Below the pieces are notes generated by a model. That model did no database searches, was not told the origin of the DNA, and was given only the letters and a program-made list of their open reading frames with translations. DNA of 64,000 nt from Vulcanimicrobiota bacterium (GTDB lineage: Bacteria > Vulcanimicrobiota > Vulcanimicrobiia > Vulcanimicrobiales > Vulcanimicrobiaceae). Numbering within the stretch: position 1 is the first letter of the stretch; every line of letters starts with the position of its first letter. This document shows positions 18,406 to 27,105 of this stretch, in pieces. The position numbers and the translations under genes were made by a program. The stretch spans positions 2,048,001 through 2,112,000 of the forward strand of contig OY968762.1 in the NCBI GenBank assembly GCA_963695225.1, written 5' to 3'.

Positions 18406-18843
18406 CTACGCTCGCTCGTAGGCCTCCTCGAGCCCTTTGATGTCGAGCTTTTCCATCTGCAGCATCGCTTGCATGACGCGTCCCGACTTCTCGTCGTCGT
18501 CATCCCCCAACAGTTCGCCCAAGACCGTGGGGACGATCTGCCACGAAACGCCGAATTTGTCTTTGAGCCAGCCGCACCGGCTCGTCTCTCCGCCGGAGGA
18601 GAGTTTCGTCCACAAGTCGTCGACCTCGGCTTGCGTCTCGCAGTTGACGAAGAACGAGATCGCCGGCGTGAACGAGAATTGCGGGCCGCCGTTCAGCGCG
18701 ATGAAATCGACGCCGTCGAGCCGGAACGAGACGGACGCCGCGCCGGCGCGTTCTATCTCCGAGTTCTTGAAGATCGAACAGTAGAAGCGCGCCGCCTCCT
18801 CGGCCCGGCCGTCGAACCATAAGAACGGAACGATCTTTTGCAC
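18406..18843 (-). CDS. VOC/glyoxalase superfamily protein (PhnB / 3-demethylubiquinone-9 3-methyltransferase-like)
   Basis: QKIVPFLWFD, ALNGGPQF, CGWLKDKFGVSWQIVP; GAGGAGG RBS before GTG. Confidence 0.9.
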   Translation of the reverse strand: MQKIVPFLWFDGRAEEAARFYCSIFKNSEIERAGAASVSFRLDGVDFIALNGGPQFSFTPAISFFVNCETQAEVDDLWTKLSSGGETSRCGWLKDKFGVSWQIVPTVLGELLGDDDDEKSGRVMQAMLQMEKLDIKGLEEAYERA

Positions 18844-18866
18844 GCGAGACCCTCCTCGGGAAGTGC

Positions 18867-19724
18867 TCAGGCGAGTGCTGCCAGGTCCTCGTTGGTAAGC
18901 TCGATTTCGGCGGCGGCGAGGTTCTCGTCGAAGTGCGCGATCGACGATGTCCCCGGGATCGGCAGAACGTTCGGCGAGCGGGCGAGCAGCCAGGCGAGCG
19001 CGACTTGCGCCGGCGTCGCGTGCTTTTGCGCGGCGATCCTTGCGAGTTCCGCGTGCCGCGGCCGGCCCTTCCCGCCGAGCGGGAACCAGGGCAAGAACGC
19101 GATGCCGTCGCGCTCGCACGCCTGCAGCATCGCTTCTGCGCCGCGGTTCTGCACGTTGTAGAGGTTCTGCACCGAGACGATCGCGGCGGACTTCTTGCTG
19201 CGCTCGTAGTCCTCGACCGAGGTCTCGGAGACGCCGATGTGACGGATCTTGCCGGCGCGTTGCAAGTCGGTCAGCGCTGCGAGCGATTCCTCGACGGGAA
19301 CTTTCGGATCGATGCGATGCAGTTGATAGAGGTCGATGCGTTCCAGCTTGAGGCGACGCAGGCTGCCTTCGAGACATTCGCGGAGCCGCTCGGGGCGCGC
19401 GTCGATCTGCCATTCGTTCGGGCCGGTACGTTCGAAGCCGCCCTTGGTCGCGATGACGACGCCGTCGCGATACGGGGCGAGCGCCTCCGCGATGATCTCT
19501 TCGCTCACGCGCGGCCCGTACGAATCGGCCGTGTCGATGAAATTCACGCCGCTCTCGACGACGTGCCGGATCAGCTTCACTGCGCCCGCGCGATCCTTGG
19601 GGGGACCCCAGATGCCGTCCCCGGTGATGCGCATCGCGCCGAAGCCGAGGCGGCGGACGGTCAAGTCGCCGCCGATCGTGATCTCGCCCCCGAACGTGCG
19701 GGGCATGCCGATGTTGGTGCTCAT
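18867..19724 (-). CDS. Aldo/keto reductase
   Basis: LGFGAM, FIDTADSYG, IDLYQLHRID, GKIRHIGVS, PIPGT. Confidence 0.93.
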   Translation of the reverse strand: MSTNIGMPRTFGGEITIGGDLTVRRLGFGAMRITGDGIWGPPKDRAGAVKLIRHVVESGVNFIDTADSYGPRVSEEIIAEALAPYRDGVVIATKGGFERTGPNEWQIDARPERLRECLEGSLRRLKLERIDLYQLHRIDPKVPVEESLAALTDLQRAGKIRHIGVSETSVEDYERSKKSAAIVSVQNLYNVQNRGAEAMLQACERDGIAFLPWFPLGGKGRPRHAELARIAAQKHATPAQVALAWLLARSPNVLPIPGTSSIAHFDENLAAAEIELTNEDLAALA

Positions 19725-19810
19725 GCCCGGTCGAACACGCGCCGGAAACCCGTCGTTTCAGGGGGTCTTCTGCGAGGGCGTGCCTTGCAGTCAACGTGTT
19801 TCGATCTGCG

Positions 19811-19819
19811 TGTTATACT
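19811..19819 (+). promoter_or_regulatory. Extended -10 promoter (TG-N-TATACT) of a probably leaderless TA operon
   Basis: tgttatact ends 6 nt before the antitoxin ATG at 19826; no Shine-Dalgarno. Confidence 0.55.
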
Positions 19820-19825
19820 GAACGT

Positions 19826-20077
19826 ATGGCGACCAGTGGAACGCTCTCAGTCCGCCTCGATGCGCAGACTCGGCATGTTCTCGCCGAGGCAGCCGCCTCG
19901 CGCGGCGTCGCGGGAGCCTCCGCGTTGGCCCGTGAGATTCTCGAGGAATGGGCGGCCGAAACGCTGGCGGCCCAGACCCGCGCCGGCGTGGCTCGAGCCG
20001 TGTCGTATTTGCGCGCCGCCGGCGATTGGGCCGATGAGCCGGCTGACTTCTTCCCTGGTGTAAAGACTGAGAAGTGA
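19826..20077 (+). CDS. Putative antitoxin, ribbon-helix-helix/CopG-like
   Basis: TLSVRLD beta-strand followed by helices; small; GTGA overlap with the downstream PemK-like gene. Confidence 0.7.
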   Translation: MATSGTLSVRLDAQTRHVLAEAAASRGVAGASALAREILEEWAAETLAAQTRAGVARAVSYLRAAGDWADEPADFFPGVKTEK

Positions 20078-20421
20078 CGCCCGGGCAGATCGTCATCGTG
20101 GATTGGCGCGATGCGCTTCCTGCGTCGGGGGAACCAAACAAGGCACGGCCGGGGATCGTCGTCGGCTCACCGCGGTTTTTCGGAAGCGGGCTGCCGTTTG
20201 AGATCGTCGTTCCGCTCACCGGCGAGCAGGCGTTGGCCATCGCGGGCGCCTCGGTGACGATCGCGCCGTCGCCTGAGAACGGCTGCGCGAAGCCGTGTTA
20301 CGCGTTGGCATGGAACGTGCAGTCGGTCCCCCACGCTCGCTTGACGGAAACGGCGTCGCGCGTCACCTCCGCTGAACTAGCCCTTATTCGCGCCCATATC
20401 GCTTCATGCATCGAGGCTTGA
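20074..20421 (+). CDS. PemK/MazF family toxin (mRNA interferase)
   Basis: GQIVIVD, GEPNKARPGIVV, VVPLT, NGC.KPCYALAWNVQSV motifs. Confidence 0.82.
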   Translation: MTPGQIVIVDWRDALPASGEPNKARPGIVVGSPRFFGSGLPFEIVVPLTGEQALAIAGASVTIAPSPENGCAKPCYALAWNVQSVPHARLTETASRVTSAELALIRAHIASCIEA

Positions 20422-20763
20422 TTTGAACGATGCCGGGCGCGAGATCGCGGGGCTCGTCCGCGTCGGCGACGCGGGGCAGAATCCCGGGGGCCGGCCGATT
20501 GCGCCGCGCGCAGCTACGACGACTTCGTGCAAAGCGCGACCGTCGTCGAGATCTCGATCGGCGAACCGGTGATCGACGTCGACGTCTGCGTCGTCCGTGG
20601 CGAGCGCGACCGCCGGCGCGCTGCGCGGAGGCACATCGTCGCGAGGCCCGGCGCCGTCTCGTAAGCAGGAACTGCACGCGGCTCGAAGGCGCCGGGGCGC
20701 GGGAGGAGCGTACCCGAACCGGTGGTAATCGTTCGCGAACCAGGCGCTCGGAAAGGCGTATTA

Positions 20764-23538
20764 GTGCGCGTCCCCGTGAACCGTTTCAGAGCCTTCGCAC
20801 TCGGCGCACTGTTCTGCGCGTGCGCGGCGCTGGGACTGGACCGGAGCGCCGCCGTCGCGACGCCGCTTGCGGACGTCCCGGCAAATCATTGGGCGTATCA
20901 ATACATCCAGAGTCTCGCCGCCGACGGCCTGATCGACGGCTACGCCGACGGCGCGTTCAAAGGCGACCGTCCGCTCACGCGCTACGAGATGGCCGCCATC
21001 GTCGCGCGCGCGATCGCAAAACTCGAAGAGGGCCGGATCGATCCCGCGACGCTCGCCTCGAAAGCGGATCTCGAGAAGCTGCAGAAGCTCGTCGACGCGC
21101 TCAAAGACGAACTCGACGCACTCGGCGTCCGCGTCGCGAACCTCGAAGATTCGCTCGACGCGCTCGATCGGCGCACGAAGTTCGCGCAGGCGATCTCCCT
21201 GCACGGGAACTTCTCGCCGAACGTGACGTTCCGGCAGCGCACCACGCTTCCGCACACGATCCCTAACGGAACGGGCGCGCCCGTGACGCCGTATTGGACG
21301 ACGCAAGGCCTCGGCGGGGCCGCGATCCCGAACGGAAGCAGCGGCGCTGCGATCGACCCGTTCGTCTCCGCGTTCCTCGCGACCGACGATTCGAATCTTC
21401 CGTTTACGCAAGACGCCCCGGGGATCCAGATCCGTCAAGACGACCGATTCGTCTTGGCGTACCGGATCGACGAGAATCTGACGGTCTCACTCCCGGTTCA
21501 CGTGATGAACTTCGAATACGGCGGCGAGTTCTCGCAACAGGCGAAGTTCGATATCGAACCCGGGGTCGACGTCGCGATCGCCAAGAGCGGGGCGATCTCG
21601 AACCTGCTCTTGAAGTTCGGCCTGATCGACAACATGAAGAGCTCCCGCACGGGGCTCGCGTTTCGCGCGCCGTTCGGCGATGCTGCGGGATATCCGGCCG
21701 CGCTCGGTTACGAGAACGCGTACCAGCCGACGCAGAAGGGCGTGAGCGTCTCGGGGACCGTCTTCGGGCTGACCGATTTCAACGTCTCGTTCACGCGCGT
21801 CGACCAGACGCTGCTCAACACGCAGGCGTCGACGGTTCTCGATCCGACGGGGACGCAGCCCGCGCTCGGGTATCTCCTGCCGATCGTCCCGCCGCAATTC
21901 GGCTACACGTCGGCGGGCGCCGCTTCCGCGACGACGGATGCGTTCTCGGCGGGTACCGCGCCGCTCGCACAGGCCTTCCTGACGAAGAAAGCAGTCCTCG
22001 GTTCCGTCTACGTTTCGTTCTACGACGGGACGGCGTTCGACGCGACGGGCGCACCGGCGGGCATCGTCGCGCCGGGAAACCCCGCGACGCCCCCCGCGTT
22101 CACGTACAACGACGCGTACAACGCGATCGTCTTCTCGCCGCCGCTCCCGCCCGGCTCGTCGGTGCGCCTCTCCTATTCGGGGCTCGGCGTCACGAACAAC
22201 ACGAACTATCAGCGCTACATGATCAACGCCCGCCTCAACCAGAAGATCAAGGGCTATCCCGGAGGCGAGATCGGCTTCACGTACAACCGCATCTTCGATT
22301 TCGACGATCTGCAAGCGGCGGGCGGCGTTACGACGATCTCCCAAGCTCCGGTGCAGGGCTTCGGCGCAGTCAGCGACACGGTCTTCGGGATCGATTTTCA
22401 GCTCCCGATCTTCTACGAAATCGCAGGGCGCGGTTCGTTCCCGGTGCTCTACGGAGAAGCGGCGACGAGCAAGTACACGCCGGACTTCCGCAACGTCGCC
22501 GCGGCCGGCGCCGGCGCGGGCCTGATCGGCGCGAAGGTGAAGATTCGCGGTGCCGACCTGAACGTCTCGTATCAGAGCGTCGGGCAAAACTACCTCGACG
22601 GCGCGCCGTTCCGATACTACGGAAACGCGCCCGCGGCGTTTGCGTCCTATCAGGCGCCGTACTTCCCGGAGTTCTTCGGCTTCGGCAACGCGCTCGGGAT
22701 CAACGCGCAATTCGACGCGCAGTTCGCCGGAACCGGCGTCGCGACGACGGTCGCGCGCAACCCGAACCTGACGTATCTCTATCCGCTGTTCAATCCGCTC
22801 AAAGGGAGCGGACCGACGTACTTTCAGAACTACGCGCCGAACACGCGCGGCCTGACGGCCTCGGCGACGGCGCCCGTGCGGCTCGGCGGCCTGACCGTGA
22901 TGACGCGCCTGCAATTCCAGCATCTCGAAGAGATCGCCCCGAACTCCCCCGGGAACACACTCTACGGCCCCGCCTACGCATCCGCGGTGCGGCTCAAGGA
23001 GGATTCGTACGAAGCCGGCGGCTCGTTCACGGTCCCCGCGTTCGGACGCAAGCTCACGATCGCGCTCTCGGGGCTCCTCGAGAAGCTCAAGCGCCCCGAC
23101 GCGACGCCGTATCAGTATTACCCCATCGACCTTTCGACGGGGGCGTTCGATGCGGCGTCGCTTGCGGCGGCGCAGGCCGCCTTCCCCGTTCCGGGCGCGG
23201 GGACGTACCCGCGAGGCAGCCAGGTCTCGTTCTACCCGAACTACCTCAACATGACCCACAGCGTTTTCAACGCGACGGCGGCGCTCCCGCTGACGAAAGA
23301 TCTCGGCTTGAACCTCAGTTACGACACGCAGCGCTACAGCGGAGAGTACGGCACGACGCTGACGCAGAACATCTCGCAGCGGAAAGACTACTATCAGGGC
23401 AACCTTAGCTATGCGATCCCGAACACGAACTCGTCGATCGGGCTTCAAGCGCGCCGGTACACCTATCAGGACGACGTGATGCCCACCTACAACTTCGTGC
23501 AGAACCGCCAGGACGTGAACTTCACGGTTCGTTTCTAG
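20764..23538 (+). CDS. SLH-domain outer membrane beta-barrel protein (OmpM/SomA-like architecture, enlarged)
   Basis: Signal peptide, DVPANHWAY...GYADGAFKGDRPLTRYEMA SLH domain, coiled coil, beta-rich body, C-terminal VNFTVRF. Confidence 0.85.
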   Translation: MRVPVNRFRAFALGALFCACAALGLDRSAAVATPLADVPANHWAYQYIQSLAADGLIDGYADGAFKGDRPLTRYEMAAIVARAIAKLEEGRIDPATLASKADLEKLQKLVDALKDELDALGVRVANLEDSLDALDRRTKFAQAISLHGNFSPNVTFRQRTTLPHTIPNGTGAPVTPYWTTQGLGGAAIPNGSSGAAIDPFVSAFLATDDSNLPFTQDAPGIQIRQDDRFVLAYRIDENLTVSLPVHVMNFEYGGEFSQQAKFDIEPGVDVAIAKSGAISNLLLKFGLIDNMKSSRTGLAFRAPFGDAAGYPAALGYENAYQPTQKGVSVSGTVFGLTDFNVSFTRVDQTLLNTQASTVLDPTGTQPALGYLLPIVPPQFGYTSAGAASATTDAFSAGTAPLAQAFLTKKAVLGSVYVSFYDGTAFDATGAPAGIVAPGNPATPPAFTYNDAYNAIVFSPPLPPGSSVRLSYSGLGVTNNTNYQRYMINARLNQKIKGYPGGEIGFTYNRIFDFDDLQAAGGVTTISQAPVQGFGAVSDTVFGIDFQLPIFYEIAGRGSFPVLYGEAATSKYTPDFRNVAAAGAGAGLIGAKVKIRGADLNVSYQSVGQNYLDGAPFRYYGNAPAAFASYQAPYFPEFFGFGNALGINAQFDAQFAGTGVATTVARNPNLTYLYPLFNPLKGSGPTYFQNYAPNTRGLTASATAPVRLGGLTVMTRLQFQHLEEIAPNSPGNTLYGPAYASAVRLKEDSYEAGGSFTVPAFGRKLTIALSGLLEKLKRPDATPYQYYPIDLSTGAFDAASLAAAQAAFPVPGAGTYPRGSQVSFYPNYLNMTHSVFNATAALPLTKDLGLNLSYDTQRYSGEYGTTLTQNISQRKDYYQGNLSYAIPNTNSSIGLQARRYTYQDDVMPTYNFVQNRQDVNFTVRF

Positions 23539-23539
23539 C

Positions 23540-24388
23540 GTGCGTTCCCTCGCGCTCGCCGCCTGCGTCGCGATCGCACTCGCGCTCGGCGGCCTCCAAG
23601 GGATCGCGAGCATCGCCGCCGCTTCCGCCGCGCAAGACGGCTCGTTCGTGCGCTTGCTCGCCGCCGCCGGTCCGCGCGTCGACGCGCTCGATCCGGCGCT
23701 GCCGATGCCGGCGGCGCTGCGCATCCTGCTCGCGCGCCGGGCGTTGGCCGCGCACGCGCTCGATCGCGTCGAGGCGCTGACGGCGCGATTGGGGCCTTCG
23801 ACGGACCGCTCCGCGCTCGAAGCGGAGCTCGCCGAGGCGCGCGGCGACACGCAAGCCGCGCAGCGCGCCTGGTTCGATGCGGGCGATTATTCGGGCCTCG
23901 AGCGGCTCGCCGCCGACCTCGAACGCGGCGGCGACCTGCACGGCGCTCAGGAACTGCAGCAGACGATCGTCGACCGGCTGGCGCAGGACCGCACGCACCC
24001 CGACACGCTCGCCGAAGCCTGGTGGCGGCTCGGCGTCCTCGATGCCGCGCTCGCGGGGAACGAACCGACGGTCGCCGCGGGCCGAACCTACGCGCGCCGA
24101 TCGCTCGACGCCTACGAAGCGGCGCTCGCGCTGGCGCCGTATTCCGCGAAGTTCATGATCTCCGCGGCGAGCCAGGAATTGAACCTTGGCGAGCTGGACG
24201 GTGCGCAGCGCTACTTCGAACGGGCGGCGGAGATCGTTCCGGGGAGCGTGTTGATTCCGGTCGGTTACGGCGAGGTCGCGGTGCGCCGGGGCGATTTCGC
24301 GACGGCCCGCCGCCGGCTCGCGGAAGCCCGGCGCATCGATCCCGCGGAGCCCGCGGTCGACCGCCTGGCGCGAAAGATCCCTCGTTGA
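23540..24388 (+). CDS. Exported TPR-like helical repeat protein
   Basis: N-terminal hydrophobic segment; TPR-like YEAALALAP, YFERAAEIVP, ARRIDP. Confidence 0.65.
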   Translation: MRSLALAACVAIALALGGLQGIASIAAASAAQDGSFVRLLAAAGPRVDALDPALPMPAALRILLARRALAAHALDRVEALTARLGPSTDRSALEAELAEARGDTQAAQRAWFDAGDYSGLERLAADLERGGDLHGAQELQQTIVDRLAQDRTHPDTLAEAWWRLGVLDAALAGNEPTVAAGRTYARRSLDAYEAALALAPYSAKFMISAASQELNLGELDGAQRYFERAAEIVPGSVLIPVGYGEVAVRRGDFATARRRLAEARRIDPAEPAVDRLARKIPR

Positions 24389-25419
24389 GGGTCGTCCTCG
24401 ACGCGCAGCTCGCGCTCGGCACGGCGACCGGGATCGGAGAGTACGCGCTGGGACTCGCGGCGGCGCTCCGCGAGCTCGGCTGCGACGCCGTCGCGGTTTC
24501 CGACGCGCGCTTCGATCCCTGGCGCTTCGATCGGCGCGTCCTCTGGGATCAAGTCTTGCTTCCGCTGCGCGCCGGGCGGGAACGCGCTGCGCTCTTGCAC
24601 TGCACCTCGGGGACGATGCCGCTGTTCTCCCCGCTTCCGATCGTCGCCACGGTCCACGACGTCGCGTGGTTGCGAGTGCAGAGGCACGCCCGCCCCTACG
24701 CGCGCTGGTACTTCGGGCGCTTCGCGCTCGAGCGCTACCGAGCTGCGCGCGGGATCATCGTCGATTCGGAGTTCTCGCGCGGCGAGTTGCTCGCGCTCGC
24801 GCCGCTCGCCCCGGAACGCGTAACGGTCGTCCATCCCGGCGTTGCAGCCGCGTTCGGCGAGGTCGTGCGGCGCCCCGCGGAAGAGCCGGTACTGCTTGCG
24901 GTCGGCACGGTCGAACGCCGCAAGAATCTCGCGGTCGTCATTCGCGCGCTGCCGGAACTCCCGGGCGTGCGGCTGCTCTCGTTCGGCCCCCCGACGCCGT
25001 ACCAAGCCGAGTGCGAAGCGCTGGCGCGCGAGCTCGGCGTCGCCTCGCGCGTCACGTTCGCCGGCTACCGGCCGCGCGCAGAACTCCTCGCGCAGTACGC
25101 GAACGCCGCGCTTGCCGTCGTCCCCTCGCGCTATGAAGGCTTCGGTTACGGCGTCGCGCAGGCGCTCTGCGCGGGGATCCCGCTCGTCGCCGCCGACGCG
25201 TCCTCGCTCCCGGAGGTCGCGGGCCCCGGCGTCCCGCTCGTCGCGCCGGACGACGCGTCGGCGTGGGCCCGCGCGATCGCCGCTGAGCTGGCGGCTCGCG
25301 AGGACGCGGAACGCCGCGCCGCAGCCCGCCGCCCCGCGTCGCTCGCGCGCTTCTCGTGGGCGAACGCCGCTCGCGCGACGTTCGCGTGTTACGAGCGCGC
25401 GCTGGCGGGCCGTCAGTAG
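24385..25419 (+). CDS. GT4 family glycosyltransferase
   Basis: TGIGEY, TVHD, VGTVERRKN, PSRYEGFG...ALCAGIP, SLPEVAG; TTGA overlap. Confidence 0.9.
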   Translation: MRVVLDAQLALGTATGIGEYALGLAAALRELGCDAVAVSDARFDPWRFDRRVLWDQVLLPLRAGRERAALLHCTSGTMPLFSPLPIVATVHDVAWLRVQRHARPYARWYFGRFALERYRAARGIIVDSEFSRGELLALAPLAPERVTVVHPGVAAAFGEVVRRPAEEPVLLAVGTVERRKNLAVVIRALPELPGVRLLSFGPPTPYQAECEALARELGVASRVTFAGYRPRAELLAQYANAALAVVPSRYEGFGYGVAQALCAGIPLVAADASSLPEVAGPGVPLVAPDDASAWARAIAAELAAREDAERRAAARRPASLARFSWANAARATFACYERALAGRQ

Positions 25420-27092
25420 ATCGGCGAACCCGGCGTCCCCGGTGCGACGCTGCCGTCGTCCGGCGCGAACTCGAGCCGTAGCGGATACGACGATCCGCCT
25501 TCCGGCATCGTCACGATATCGGTGCGGATGAAGCCGCCCGGAGGGATCGTGTACTGGCGGAGCTTGTAATGCGTGAACGGGGCGAGCCGGTGCGCCTGCA
25601 CCGGGACGCGATCGATGATGAACGTCCCGGTGGCATATCCTCCGCGCGGATTCGCATAGAGCGCGATGTCGCGCGCGTTGCGCGGATCGTTGTTCACGAT
25701 GCGGACGGTGATCGCTTGCATTACGCCGTAATCGCCGGCGAGCGCTTCGCCTTCGCGCAGATTGGGGAGCGGAATCTGTCCGATCGGAATCTCGAGGTTC
25801 GGGCCTTCCGGGTCGTACGTGTATTCGAACGAGAACTCGGGGATCGGATAGACCCCGCGCGCGTGGCGCACTTCGCTGCGCAGCAGATCGGTCGCCGGGA
25901 TCGGTCCTTCCGCGGGGTCGTTCTCGTCCTGCGCGAGGAGCGCGAGGCGGAGCGGCGCGCCCTCGAGTTCGCGGAGCTGCAGCAGGTTGCTGACGATCGA
26001 GCCCGCGGGCAGCAGTTGGTCGACGACGTTCGCCGTCGTCCCGGGCGGGATCGTGATCACCGTCCCCTCGTTTTGCGATTCGTGAACGAGGAAGCGGTAC
26101 GTCGAGAGATGCCCGACTTCCATCTCGTTGGCGGCCGGCCCGGCTTGCCCGGAGATGAAGTGCAGCGTCGCCGGAAGGGCCGACGGGTTCTCGACCTTTA
26201 GCAGGATGCGGCGGTCGGGTTGACCTCCCGGATTGTAGTGGTAGTAAAGAAAGCGGTGCGCTTCGCGCGTCGAGAGGTCGGAGCTGAACAGCACGCCGTT
26301 TTCGCTGAGGCGCTCCGGAAAGTCGCTGACGAGCAGCGAGTTCGGATGGATGCGCGGCAGCGCGAAATTCTCGACGCGGACGCGCGTCGTCCCCTGCACC
26401 GTGAAGTAGTCCGCGCCTTGGATGATGAGCGGGACCTCGATCGTCGCGACGTTGTCGGCACGCAGCGGGCCGGAGTACGAAATCGTATCCGTCGAGGAGA
26501 CGATCTGCGCGTTCTCGCGCGGTCGCGCCTCGCGGAGCGCGGCGAGCACCGCTTGACGTTTGACGAACGCGTTCGAGGCGGGATTGCCGGTGATGCGGAT
26601 GGACGCATACGCTCCGACCGTCCCGGCCGGGTCCGCGACGCGAATCGGCACGTCGCGGGTGAGGCCGCGGCTATCCGCGATCGTCAGCGTCGTCGTGCCG
26701 AGCGCCTTCCCGGTGACCGTGACGATCCGCGTGACCTGATCGACGGTCGCGTCGGCGATCGTGGGGTCGGCGATCGTCAGCGAGATCGTGCCGAGCACGC
26801 TCATCACGCGCAGCTCTTGCCTGCCCCCCGGCACGACGCCGGAGGTCGGCGGCTCGACGATGATCGGCGGCTGCGTCGGGGACGCGGTCGGCGACGGCGT
26901 CGGCTCCGGAGAGGCCGTTTCCGCCGGGCTCGCTTCCGGCGAGGCGGCCGGCTCGGGAGGGGCCTCCGTCGCGGCTACGCCGGGTTGGGGGGTCGGCGGC
27001 GGCGCCGGCTGGCTGAAGGCCGCCCCGCCGATGCTGAGCATGAGCCAGACCGCGACCGTCCATCCCGCCCGCGGCCACCCGCGGTGCACCAT
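25413..27092 (-). CDS. Secreted hypothetical protein: Pro-rich linker, Ig-like/pilus-secretin N-terminal-like domain, beta-rich C-terminal region
   Basis: Signal peptide, PTPSPTASP linker, IADPTIADATVD...VTVTGKALGTTTLTIAD; typical high-GC codon usage. Confidence 0.6.
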   Translation of the reverse strand: MVHRGWPRAGWTVAVWLMLSIGGAAFSQPAPPPTPQPGVAATEAPPEPAASPEASPAETASPEPTPSPTASPTQPPIIVEPPTSGVVPGGRQELRVMSVLGTISLTIADPTIADATVDQVTRIVTVTGKALGTTTLTIADSRGLTRDVPIRVADPAGTVGAYASIRITGNPASNAFVKRQAVLAALREARPRENAQIVSSTDTISYSGPLRADNVATIEVPLIIQGADYFTVQGTTRVRVENFALPRIHPNSLLVSDFPERLSENGVLFSSDLSTREAHRFLYYHYNPGGQPDRRILLKVENPSALPATLHFISGQAGPAANEMEVGHLSTYRFLVHESQNEGTVITIPPGTTANVVDQLLPAGSIVSNLLQLRELEGAPLRLALLAQDENDPAEGPIPATDLLRSEVRHARGVYPIPEFSFEYTYDPEGPNLEIPIGQIPLPNLREGEALAGDYGVMQAITVRIVNNDPRNARDIALYANPRGGYATGTFIIDRVPVQAHRLAPFTHYKLRQYTIPPGGFIRTDIVTMPEGGSSYPLRLEFAPDDGSVAPGTPGSPIY

Positions 27093-27105
27093 GGAACCTC
27101 TCGTC

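Noticed and set aside
18400..20700. Prophage, IS or integrative element
   Set aside because: No integrase, transposase, terminal repeats or tRNA target visible.
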